Shown: positions 9,650-20,000 of the stretch, piece by piece
How positions within the stretch are numbered: the stretch's first letter is position 1
Layout of the letters: every line of letters begins with the position of its first letter
NCBI GenBank assembly: GCA_001662655.1
Contig: KV460280.1
DNA: 20,000 bases
Source: Pseudogymnoascus verrucosus
Taxonomy: Eukaryota
Direction: 5' to 3' (one strand)
The notes under the pieces: model-generated
Databases searched by the model: none
Told to the model about the DNA's origin: nothing
The model's input: the letters and a program-made list of their open reading frames with translations, nothing else
Translations under genes and position numbers: made by a program

Positions 9650-12411
9650 TCAACCATCGAAACTCATTTCTGGATTTGCCATCTGATCTAGATCCCACCA
9701 GCTTTCGTCGATTAGTCCAAATGGCATTAGGTTTATATCTTGTGTCATGAAATCCAATAAGGGTTGCATAGTAGATGACTCTAAATCCTTGGGGATAGCT
9801 TGACCTGGAAAGTTTCGTAGATGCCGCCCGTGGAGAGAGTCAGCGGCAAAGGGAGAGTCTCTAACACTGTCAGATACCATACTATGCAAATCTTGCTGTG
9901 TCTCTACAGCACTAGCAGAGGCTAATTCAGGTAGGCTACTCTGCGACTGTGTTGTGCCCTGTGTCGAGCTTTCTCCTATAAAACACGTGTGAATTAGTTG
10001 CGGCTCTTCATTAATGGCCGCAGCACTTGTGTTATTACTCGTACCAACAAATTTCTCATACATATTGCACAAACCCTCTAGTGCATGGTTCACCGGATGA
10101 CCTCTGTTTATGAGGATACCCAATGTTTTACAGCACAGGGTCCAAGCCTCGCGGATTTTATCGATAGACGTATACTGATGCAGCCTATGGCAGGCTTTGG
10201 CAAGTATCAGAACCGTCGCTGCAGTGCAGAGATCTTAATAATTTAAACGTTAGGAGTGAGAACAGATATAGAGACTGGGTATACACCTACAAAAGGTTGT
10301 GTACCACCAAGCACCGTCACATGATTTAGTCGTCGAGTCGTGCAATGAGCTTATCAGATCAATGGAGGTAGTTACGCATATAACCGATGATTGAACGTTC
10401 ATCCTCGACCGAAGGTTTTCGTCCTTTTTAAAATCGTTCGGTGCCTCAATCGAGGAAGGTTGAGATGCCGACACCATCTTTTGGCAAAAGCGTAAGATTG
10501 TTGGACGGTATAGAAGGACTCGAACATGAAGATACCTTCAATGGATTAATGGCGATATTTTTTATGTCTGCTTATCTGACTCACCTTGCATGGAGTACAT
10601 TAGATTGGCGCTGGAGCAAATGCTGAGACTCATCTCGCAAAGAATTTCTCGTACTAATGCCCCTTTCCCAGTGGAGACAAGTTGCGATGCCCTCTTCGAA
10701 GTCCGAAAGCTCCTCATCAAAGGACATGACAGCTTCCGATTCGGATAGCTGGCTGTGGCTGCAGTTCTCATTTCGCTCGAGATCACAGGTCGCGAGTTGC
10801 GGGGACCAAGGGCTATAGACAGTGGACACGATCCTTCCCAGAATTGTATAGAGCTTGATTGTCTCAATGTAAAACGGAGAAGACGTGCCATCTAGGTCTT
10901 CTTGCACACTTGTTTTCGATATGGAAGGTAGAGGTATTGTGACCCGAGAAGGAGTCATCATGGGGCGTCCAAGGGTAGTACTCGCAACGCTAAACAAGTC
11001 AGCATCCAATCTCAGAATGTTAAAGCGAAGCCTACATGTCCATGACTGTACAGCCGTACCAGACTCGGCGGCGAAGTTCAACCTCACGTTCATCTCTCTG
11101 AAAGCCACTAGTTTCTACATGTAGCCCAATGCCTTGTCCAATCCTACAGGCCAACCCAAGCGACGTCCAACAACGACTGGAAAATGAAGTGCTTTGAAGG
11201 TATTGAGCAACGATCAACAAGGTTTGCACGAGTGCAATGCTTCCGTGGTCTAAGATATCAACATGAAGAAGGCCTCTGCAGCGGAGGAAGAAGGTTTGTG
11301 ACAAGGAATCTCGGTCATGCTGTAATATCTCTGGTCCCGATAATTGACAACTCAAGGCAAAAATCGCATTTAGGGCACAGTGATAAACAGTAGACTGAGA
11401 GTCTGATATTCCGGGGGTGCCCAGCCCAAGATCACAGTCTCTACTCTCCCCTTGCCCTCTATGCAGCTCAACAGGTTTCCATAGATCCTCGTACGCACGA
11501 GTAAAGACTGGTTTGTAGACGAAAGGATACAGGCTGTGCGACTTAGCCCAATAGTTCTCTAACAGTGTGTCTGCTAAGTCGCGAGTAGGGAGAGAGAGAC
11601 CCTGGGGTTTAGATGCACGGCGGACGGGTTTAGAAGCTCTGCGTAGATTGGCTTGTGGTCGTGTAGCATAACTTTGTGGCTGATTAGTACCCGGTATGGT
11701 CTCTTCAACCTGTTCCATAAAACGAGCAGCAGAAGAACCGCCATAAAACTCGTTTACAGAACTTAGCGGTAAGGTAGATCCGCCTCCCTTGAAGGCTGTC
11801 GAACCCATTGCATTAACTGGGCTAGATGAGTCCTCTACATCTGCAGCCGAAAGTGTACTCTGATGAGCTGCGTGAGGAGAAGGTAGATGGTTGACGGAAT
11901 GGGGACCCTCATCCCCTCGAAGATTTTGAGGCCCTGTGCTAATAGTAACAGGGCGTCTTGAAGCGCTAAGTGTAGAGACGTTTGGACTCGACACTGTTGT
12001 AGTTACCCCTACCTCACGCATACCTTGGGGAGAGCTAGGGTCCGCTTCTTCATGCTGTCTGGCATGTTGCCAGGAAGAGGAGGCAATAACATGCTCTAGG
12101 CTTTGGATTCGATCTAACAAGCCTCTAGTAGATACATCGTGCTCTCCGTTACCATTCCTGCTGGTAGGGTCTCTGGCGTAAACGCACGACTGCTGGCTCT
12201 TTGGTTTATACTGGCAAGGTCCACACATCGGTCTATTGCCATCGCACCTCGTTTTTCGCGCGCGACAGGGCTCGCATGCACTTGAGATCTTCCGGCGTTT
12301 CGGAGGTCGGGGCAAATCAGCAGTAGCCGCCGGTTCAGCAGTAGCTGTCAAGGCTTCTGAGGCAGCGACCGGGTCGTCAGAAAGAGGGGCGGTACCTCTA
12401 GGTTCTGTCAT
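9650..12411 (-). CDS. Zn2Cys6 transcription factor with fungal-specific TF (middle homology) domain
   Basis: Zinc cluster ACEPCRARKTRCDGNRPMCGPC..CVY. Exons 12411-11036, 10989-10585, 10535-10291, 10233-9650. Motifs: FYGGSSA, LVQTLLIVAQYLQST, GLACRIGQGIGLH, ELRRRVWYGC, TLGRP, LHARYLHVRVLLYRP, GAWWY. Confidence 0.93.
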
Positions 12412-12498
12412 GGCAGTTCGGAACGGAATGGTAGGGAAGATTGATGGTCATTTCATGGAGATGACGGGGCAAAGTAGCATTTAAGGATGGACACGGAG

Positions 12499-12552
12499 TT
12501 GTTCCGGACATCCCGATGTTTTCGGAACAAGATGATGTTAGTCCGCTTCGGA
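12499..12552. promoter_or_regulatory. CCG/CGG inverted repeats in the divergent TF/SnoaL promoter
   Basis: TTGTTCCG-N16-CGGAACAA (12499-12530) with an inner ACATC-CC-GATGT palindrome, and TCCG-CTT-CGGA (12542-12552). Confidence 0.45.
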
Positions 12553-12807
12553 GGTACGGCACAATTATCACCCGTCGGTTTTGCTAACTATCCGAAACTC
12601 TCATATCCACGGAATCTCGGCGGTTTCGACCACCTAAGATCAATATAGGTAGGCCGGAGCTGGGGCTCAGTCAACGTCTCATTCTACGAAGAGCTGGCAG
12701 GATTTCTTATTTCTTTTATTACCCAGTACTGAATGCTCGCAATTCAACATACTAGTTTTTACAACCATTCGGCAGCCTCCAAGGGGATAAGTTGTAGATA
12801 GTATACA

Positions 12808-13308
12808 ATGCCAGTTCCAATCGAAATCGCCGAGACAATATTCCGGAAGAAATCACAGTACGGCCGATACATCGACACCAAACAATGGAACAAATTTGCA
12901 GAAGTTGCACTGCCTAATGCAGAACTCAGCTTTTTCGATTCCGACGGCTCTATTCTAGTGGCTGGAAAGACCCCGCTTGTTTTCTCTTCCTCCCAAGCAT
13001 TTACAAGCTTCTTCAGCAAATTTTTCGCAAACGCTCAAACCCTTCATATGTTTGGACCTGGAGAATTAGAGCAAATAAAGTCTGATGAGGTGAAAGCAAC
13101 ATGGGGTATGGAGGATCAAATCATACTGAATGGGACGGGAGGGCTGGTAGAGATGAGAGGCGGAGGATATTATTACGAGACCTGGAAGATGCACGGTGAT
13201 GATTGGTTTTTAGCATCGTTGCGCTTAGAAAGGACATATCAAAAAACGAGCCTCACGGCGAAAGTTTTCATATTCCTCGAGAGATATTCTGGACTCACGT
13301 TCGTTTAA
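12808..13308 (+). CDS. SnoaL-like/NTF2-fold protein, scytalone-dehydratase/BaiE/LinA-like putative dehydratase
   Basis: Intronless 166 aa ORF. Motifs: KKSQYGRYIDTKQW, QTLHMFGPGE, ATWGMEDQI, GGGYYYETW, WFLASLRLER. Confidence 0.82.
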   Translation: MPVPIEIAETIFRKKSQYGRYIDTKQWNKFAEVALPNAELSFFDSDGSILVAGKTPLVFSSSQAFTSFFSKFFANAQTLHMFGPGELEQIKSDEVKATWGMEDQIILNGTGGLVEMRGGGYYYETWKMHGDDWFLASLRLERTYQKTSLTAKVFIFLERYSGLTFV

Positions 13309-13765
13309 GGTGTCATCTATAACAACTTCAAAATAGGGTCACGCAGCTATACACGCAGCTCGGAAGTTAAAAAGCCCTGATAATAGCTTGTATATTTAAA
13401 TACAGATAGATTACAATCTGAAAATAGTGCTCAAGTCTTTCGACCATCGCAATTTCCATCTCTTGGCGTCGTACGCTAAATTCTTGATGCGGGTGATTGA
13501 TCGCCCACTGAATATATACCCTCACGTGATAAAAGGAAAACACCACTAACAGCGCAGATTTTTCGGTTTTTTAAAGGTTAATTAGGACATCAATCTAAAC
13601 AGGATAGCACTGCATAGATATTCAAAGCGACTCAAATATTGAGGCAAGGAGGAATGTCTATCCCAATCGGTTTGATTTCCAGCTATGTCAACTTTAATAG
13701 TTAGTATTAGTTGTTTCAACCATTCTGCATCACATTAATTGCTAACAATTACACTAGGTTCTACC

Positions 13766-16264
13766 CTACAGCCTTGCCAACTTACCGTCCGCGCTCCTAA
13801 GCTCATTGCTCATGTTTCTGGAGATCCAGTCACTGATAGCCATGATCGTCACCATGGGATTGACACCACTGGCACTTGGGAAAACACTCGCATCGCTGAC
13901 ATATAGCCCTTCAGTTCCCCAGACCTTGCCTTTGGGATCCACAACTCCGTCGCTCTCGCGTATGGACATGCGGTTTGTGCCCATCTGATGCGCGGACGCG
14001 AATCCAGCACCTGGGGGCTTGTTGTCGGCACGCCAGAGCTCCTTAAGCCAGGCTTGAAAGCGCGGGTCAGAGACGCCGGGGTCTATCTCCTCGGGTTTGG
14101 TGGAGGGGATGGAAGCCTCGTCTGCGTTGCGGATGAACGGGGCGACACTAGGGATACTGGTGTGGATCTCGATAGCACCTTCGGTGTACGCGATCTTCGC
14201 GAGGGCGACACAGCCGGTCAAGATGTGCTGGCGGTCAAAGGCGCTAGGTGTATATTCGATGCGGATGCCGCCGGTGTTAGGGTCGGGGTAGACGCGGCCA
14301 GAATCGCGGTCCCGGGCAAGAGAGATCCAGCTGTTAGTGTGGCGGAATTTGAGGGCGAGCTTCTTGAAGTCGAGGCCTACGGTGACGTTTGACATGCTCA
14401 TGGCGAGGGATGGGATCATGAGCATAGCTTCTAGCTTGGCGCCATGACCGTGGCCATCGAGGTCCTCAAAGGAAGAGACGACCGATGTGAGAATACCACC
14501 TACAACAGTCAGATTGGAGGTATACGAAGAAACGGGGGTTGGGGGATGCGGGGAAGTGAACCTACCTTCCCACGGCCGTACATCCTCTTTGAAGAGGCCG
14601 CTTATAATGTTTACGGGATGAAGATATAGATTTCGGCCGATATGTCGGTTCTATCTATATTAGCAAACCATTCGGACTCTAGTCGGCGCTCTCTCACCTT
14701 CAGACCGCTCTGGAGCAACAGGATCGGACTCCATAGCGCCCCACATGAGACGATGACCTTCTTGGCCTTGACGATGACCTTTCTGACTGTGCGATCAGGC
14801 TCCTGTCCGTCGACCCCCCCACGGCTATTTCTCGAGACCCACGTCCCCTCGACTCCCACCGCCGTCTTCTGACCACTTGACTCGTCGAACAATACATGGT
14901 GTGCGGTAAAGCCTTCAATAAACTTAGCACCGGCTCGAGCAGCGTCCGGGAGCCACGCGACAGTCGGGCCCTGCTTCTCAGCCGCGGCGCAACCCAACGA
15001 ACAGTGGCCGCAGTAGTGCTCTTTATTGCCTGTGTTCTGTGGCACCGCTTTACCCGCGTATCCCATCTTCCTGGCCCCATCCAGGAGGACGTTGTTGCCG
15101 TGGTTATGTCTTATATGCTCTGCCGAGACGCCCATCTGATAGCACACGCGGTCCAGGCAATTCTGGAACTCAGACGTCTCAAAGAAGGTCAGCCCTCGGT
15201 CCTGCGCCCACTCTTTGCGTACGAAGCCCTGAGTCTGTAGAGCCGCTGACCAGTTAACAGTCCCACCGCCTCCCCAGGTGCTGCCCGATACTACCGCAAT
15301 TGATCCGTCGTCGCTGAAAGTCGAACCCCCATTATCAAACATATTCACCATTCCCGCCTCCTCACTCATGGGGAAGGTCTCTGTAGGGTAGAAGTACGCT
15401 CTGTCCACCACCAGAACCTGAAGTCCCGCCTCTGCCAAATTCTTCGCGCATACTCCGCCACCGCATCCCGAACCCACAACCACGATGTCTGTCTCGATGA
15501 CTTCGGGCTCTGGGTTGGCAGTAAACTTTAGAAACTCATATGGGAAGAGCTTTCCGCGCTCCATTTCGGGAGGAAACTGTGGGAATCCAGACAGATGGTA
15601 GAAGCTAGGGCTAGTCTTGATCCACAGGTTCTTGGCCGCAACTGTCATCTGCTTGTAGAAGCCGTTCAGAGCGGGGATGTAGGAGAGGCGCCAGCGCTGG
15701 AGGATAAGCTCGCGTACAGCGAGGGGCTGCTGGGTGAAAGGAGTTGGAGAACCGGTGAGGATGAGGGAGCCGACACGGGTGCTTGGGGCAGGAAGTTAGA
15801 TAGCTGATCTTGAGGCCGGATTGGGGGGCGGAAGGACGGGGTTCAGGGCTAAGTGGCCCTATTCAAACTTACTCCAAGGCAGATAAGACCAGCGAGAGTC
15901 TCTTCCTCGCGGTCTCGCTAGTGAACACCACCAGCGTCCTCATCAACAGCTCGCAGAACTGGGGGTTATCAGACGGCCGCTCTTCTAGATACGCATCCAG
16001 AGCTGCCGTGCCCGAAGCCTGCGAGACATTTCCCTGCAGATGCTCCGCCGCCTTGGCATACTCTACGTCCGAGATAGCGTGTTGATTAATCTTATCGGTA
16101 GCCACTGCGTCTCTTCGAACCGACGGGACCACAGTGTCCATAATAGCCAGCAACGAGGTCCATTGGCCTTCAGTAAAGGCTTCGCTGGCCGGAGGATCGG
16201 GCAGAGCAACTGCGATGGGGGCGTGGCTCCCAGCCTTCGGGGGGATCACGGCCAGAAGGGTCAT
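13766..16264 (-). CDS. Long-chain fatty alcohol oxidase/dehydrogenase (GMC oxidoreductase), probably peroxisomal
   Basis: Exons 16264-15873, 15781-14698, 14650-14566, 14499-13766 join in frame. Motifs: VVVGSGCGGGV, GSTWGGGGTVNWS, HYCGHCSLGC, IGRNLYLHP, PWEGGILT, SAHQMGTNRM, DASVFPSASGVNPMVT. Ends GKLARL* (PTS1 variant). Confidence 0.94.
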
Positions 16265-16777
16265 TCTGTCGCCGTAATGAGGGTAATGTAATGAGTAAAT
16301 GAATGAAGTCGGTGTTTTTACTAGCAAGATATCAAGTAATTGCGGGCTATAGACAGTAATAGCTGCAGTGAACTTGCTTAATATTATACAAGGGAGCAAC
16401 GTCTCTGCAGCGATATAGATTCTCAGCTTTACGTTGCTGCCGTCGTATTTGCTTAGACCCCCCCTTAACCGTGGGTACAGATAGATTCTCTCCTTTTATA
16501 CTTCTATAACGCCTCCAATCCTTGCTAGGCCTCGTCCAGAGTGCGGGGCCCCGCGACAACCTTACACTCATCATATGCTAGGCTGAAAGTTATGCGTGAC
16601 GGCAATTAACCGCAGTAGCAACAGATGGGCGTCTTTCACATGCACCAATAGGTATGGTCTTCAAAGATTAATTATTCTGAATTAGTAGCATTGCCACGGA
16701 GCTGGGAGTTGGACCTTAGGCCCCGCTCTGTGGGTAGAAAACATAGCATTACCGCGGAGCTGACCGGAACTACGATC

Positions 16778-16800
16778 CCGGAATGATTACCCCATTCCGG
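16778..16800. promoter_or_regulatory. Perfect 8-bp inverted repeat CCGGAATG-N7-CATTCCGG upstream of the monooxygenase
   Basis: Arms at 16778-16785 and 16793-16800, within a CCG/CGG-dense tract ~130-180 bp before the ATG at 16928. Confidence 0.5.
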
Positions 16801-16927
16801 TTCCGTCCAACCCGTACAAGGGACATGGCAACGTACATCCGGACCATTCATATTGGTGAACCTTCGTCTGCAAGTCGACTTAGCAAATTCAACACGCTTC
16901 TTCAATCTTTTTCAAATCCTGCGTGTC

Positions 16928-18939
16928 ATGGATACAAAAGTCGATGTCTTCATCTGCGGCAGTGGGTCTGCAGGATTGTGTGCCGCAACGTGGCTAGCAA
17001 AATGCGGTCTCACTTGCAAGATCGTAGATTCCCGCGCCGGGCCTATGGAGATCGGCCAAGCAGATGGGGTGCAGTGCCGGACTGTAGAGGTTTTTGATAG
17101 TTTTGGCATCGCCGAAGATTTGCTGCGTGAATCCTATCATGTCATCGAGGTTGCATTTTGGGCTTCTAGTGAGCATGGTGGTATTGAGAGGAAGTCTCAA
17201 GTTGCAGATACTGCCCCAGGTCTCTCCCGTATGCCACACGTCATCCTAAACCAAGCGAGGGTTAACCAGTTATTACTCGATGCTATGAGAAAGTTTAACG
17301 GGCAAAAAGTTGACTATGGATATCGGGTCGAGAATGTCAAAGTGGATAGCGCTGCAGTTTCGGACCCAGAAGCCTACTGTGTAACGATAAAGACTATGAG
17401 GAATGGCAAGGAGGAGGTTTTTAAGGCGAAGTATGCGTTGGTGAGTGTTGCCAGTTTAGATGGTCGAACTCGTCTAAGTTTATATAGGGGTGCGATGGAG
17501 CGCACAGCTCGGTCCGGAGGTCACTCGGTTTCAAGATGATAGGAGACAGCACCAACTCAGTCTGGGGGGTTATGGATGTATATCCACGGACTAATTTTCC
17601 AGACATCAGAAAGAAATGTGTACTGCAAACCACCGCAGGAAGCCTATTGATCATCCCCCGTGAAGGAGGTTCATTGGTTCGGTTTTATACTGAATTACCT
17701 AGTGGAACTGTCGCGAAAGATGTCACTGTCGAACAGTTGCATTATGCGGCTCGTCGCATCTTTCATCCTTACAACCTCGATATCGCAGAAACATTTTGGT
17801 GGTCGGCTTACTCCATTGGACAGCGGCTTGCCGACCACTTTTCGAAAGATAACCGCGTTTTTCTTACTGGTGATTCGTGCCATACTCATTCGCCAAAGGC
17901 CGGTCAAGGAATGAATGTTAGCCTGCAAGATGGGTATAACATAGGATGGAAGCTAGCGGCAGTTTTGAAAGGACAAGTTGGTTCTAATCTTTTGAAGACA
18001 TATAACCTAGAGCGAGAGAAGGTCGCAGCAGATCTCATCAACTTTGACCGGGAGTTTGCCAGGGCGTTTTCATCCAAGGCTGGCACCGATTCGAATGGAG
18101 TGTCGGAGAATTTCAGTGAGTTATTTGTTAAGGCGGGTAAATACACTGCTGGGTTGACCGCTAAGTATGACGATTCCCCCATTACTCGTTCTGAATGGAG
18201 CTGTCAACGTCTTGCAACCAATCTGGTGGTTGGAATGCGTTTCCCAAGTGCTCAAGTTGTGCGTCTGTGCGACTCAAAAGCAATGCACCTTGCAACAGCA
18301 CTGCCAGCGGATGGTCGGTGGCGCATTGTTATTTTTGCTGGCGACATCCAAAATGAATATGCCAGCACTCGCCTCAAAAAGGTATATATATCTTTGCTTC
18401 TAACTGGGGCTGCGACAACTCATAAACTGACTTTGCTCTCTAGCTTAGCGATTTTCTATCGTCAGCAGACGGTCCTGTACAGCAATTCACGCCTGCCTCT
18501 CTCGACATAGATAGCTTTATTGAACCAATACTTATACTTTCCCGAGGCGAGGCGCGCATAGAGCAAGAGCAAATACCAGCTTATTTTTGGCCAGAATCCG
18601 GAAACTGGCAGATTCGGGGTTTGTATATTCCTGGGTTTTAATGACCAAGCGCTAACAACCTATAAGATTTACACAAGACGTTCATTGACCATGAAAGCTA
18701 TAATAGTGGACATGGAAAGGCATATGAATTATATGGGATAGATACAGAGCAAGGAGCAGTTGCGATTGTGAGGCCTGACCAGTGTGAGTGGACTTCTGTG
18801 AAGGTTACATTAATGGGATTAACGGGATCTAGATATCTCTATGGTTGTTGACATAGATAACCACAAATCTATCAAGAATTTTTTCACTGGGTTCTGTATA
18901 CCAAGAGCTGATAGAAGACTTCTAGAGTCTAATGTATAG
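16928..18939 (+). CDS. Phenol 2-monooxygenase-like FAD-dependent aromatic hydroxylase
   Basis: Exons 16928-17440, 17488-18381, 18444-18618, 18667-18783, 18833-18939. Motifs: DVFICGSGSAG, GQADGVQCRTVE, GCDGAHS, TNFPDIRK, GDSCHTHSPKAGQGMN, and a C-terminal dimerisation domain with GAVAIVRPDQY. Confidence 0.94.
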
Positions 18940-19085
18940 GTTAGCCTAGGGGAGACGTGGAACAAGGGAGGTTATTCAGATACCTACTAGTAAATGGAAT
19001 GGTCGTGAAAAACATATATGTTCCGGCCCAACCACCAACATATACGTAGAATAGTAGAATAGTATATTGAATTGAATTGAATTAC

Positions 19086-20000
19086 CTACTCTACTCTAGC
19101 CCGCTTCCGCGTCGGCCTCTCAACTAAAGCTATTTCCGTACGAGTAGTAAGACCTGATAAATTGCCATAGTCGTGGTCATCGTTATGGCAGTGTACACTA
19201 CACTCCTTTGCTTCCTTATAACACCTACACCTCTTCGTACTACACAGCCCTTTGCACTGACAGGATATTCCAACCTAAGCACTTGTAGAAGCCTCTCTAG
19301 CTGCAAGCCCTAGGCCTACTTCCTTAGTAGAAGTAGGAATTACTATATTACCCTATAGAGCTCGCTCTATAACTCTAAGTGATTTAGTAGGAATAAGGCG
19401 TTGTATAATACTAGAAGCTATAAGAATCCGATACCTATGAGGGTAAGGCTCTTCTAGAATTCTTGTAAATAGCCTCTTATTATCAGTTGAGGTTCTATCC
19501 TCTTAAGGAACCTTTATAGAGACTATAGCTCTAATATCAAAGTGTTAGATATCGTGCTTCTTAGTATACTTACGTATCATAGAAACCCTTGCTCTTTAAG
19601 TAGCTGCTATAGCTCTCTTAATTACAGGGTCGGCTGTAGCCTAAAGCTTCGTCCTATGCTGAGCTAGCACTCAAGCCCGAGTCCCACGCTAAAGCTTAAT
19701 TCCAATTTCTGGCTCAGAGTGTGAGCTCTTAATTGCGAACTCAATTCGGAGTTCTGGCTTAGAGTGGGAGCTCTTAATTGCGAGCTCAATTCCGAGTTCT
19801 GGCTTAGAGTGGGAGCTCTTAATTGCGAGCTCAATTCTGAGTTCTGGCTCGGAGTGGGAGCTCTCAATTGCGAGCTCAATTCCGAGTTCTAGCTCAGAGT
19901 GGGAGCTCCTAATTCTAAGCTCAATTAAGAGCTCTGGCGCCTGGCGGAGCTGTGGGTCAATTAGAGCTTCGGGCTCAAAATCACTCTCAAATATCAGGCC
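19086..20000 (-). mobile_element. RIP-inactivated 3' part of a Ginger-type (Gypsy-integrase-related, KRBA2/SCAND3-like) transposase; integrase core expected beyond the right edge
   Basis: One continuous minus-strand frame of 305 codons with 8 internal stops, each explicable by C>T or G>A. It reads ...ALIDPQLR...HFDIRAIVSIKVP*EDRTSTDNKRLF...YRILIASSII...SCQCKGLCSTKRCRCYKEAKECSVHCH..YGN..RKRAR. The VPxxDR..D and CxCxxxCxxxRCxCxKxxxxCxxxCH patterns are typical of these integrase C-termini. The region is TpA-rich. Confidence 0.72.
19693..19938. repeat. 45-bp tandem repeat, about 5.5 copies
   Basis: Consensus CTCAATTCCGAGTTCTGGCTTAGAGTGGGAGCTCTTAATTGCGAG. The (T/C)TCT anchor recurs at 19707, 19752, 19797, 19842, 19887 and 19932. 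Confidence 0.95.

Noticed and set aside
14985..15020. Haem-binding CXXCH motif in the alcohol oxidase
   Set aside because: The sequence is CGHCSLGC, with no His after the second Cys, so a c-type haem site is not supported.
16265..16399. N-terminal extension of the alcohol oxidase from the ORF-track start at 16399 (likewise 16853 for the monooxygenase)
   Set aside because: These are non-ATG starts in UTR-like sequence. The first ATGs at 16264 and 16928 give family-typical N-termini.
18925..18939. Possible PTS1 on the phenol monooxygenase (ends ESNV)
   Set aside because: SNV does not fit the (S/A/C)(K/R/H)(L/M) consensus.
19664..19879. ORF-track peptide SSQLRAPT..QNSEL repeat
   Set aside because: It is an alternative frame of the minisatellite and is not the frame continuous with the Cys-rich domain.
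19693..19938. CRISPR-like array, or hAT/MITE subterminal repeats of a separate nested element
   Set aside because: There are no unique spacers and the context is eukaryotic. The array lies in the same reading frame as the transposase remnant on both sides.
1..20000. Secondary-metabolite biosynthetic cluster or Starship cargo
   Set aside because: The window has no backbone synthase, no tyrosine-recombinase captain and no element boundary, so neither can be supported from this sequence alone.

Overview
Filamentous ascomycete genomic DNA, judged by short GT-AG introns with CTRAY branch points, Zn2Cys6 regulators and RIP-type mutations. Eight genes look intact: two Zn2Cys6 transcription factors (one runs off the left edge), an aldo-keto reductase, a bZIP-like/DUF3425 protein, a peroxisomal crotonase-fold enzyme (C-terminal SKL), a SnoaL/NTF2-fold putative dehydratase, a long-chain alcohol oxidase (C-terminal ARL) and a phenol 2-monooxygenase-like flavoprotein. 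Between them lie signs of rearrangement and decay: two truncated FAD-linked oxidoreductase remnants, a minus-strand gene-tail remnant fused head-to-head to one of them, and a diverged ~108 bp copy of part of the second TF. The right edge holds a RIP-inactivated, Ginger-type integrase C-terminus with an in-frame 45-bp minisatellite. The first TF needs a 2-nt micro-exon to rebuild its zinc cluster. Exon coordinates come from manual splice-site reading; no database searches were run.
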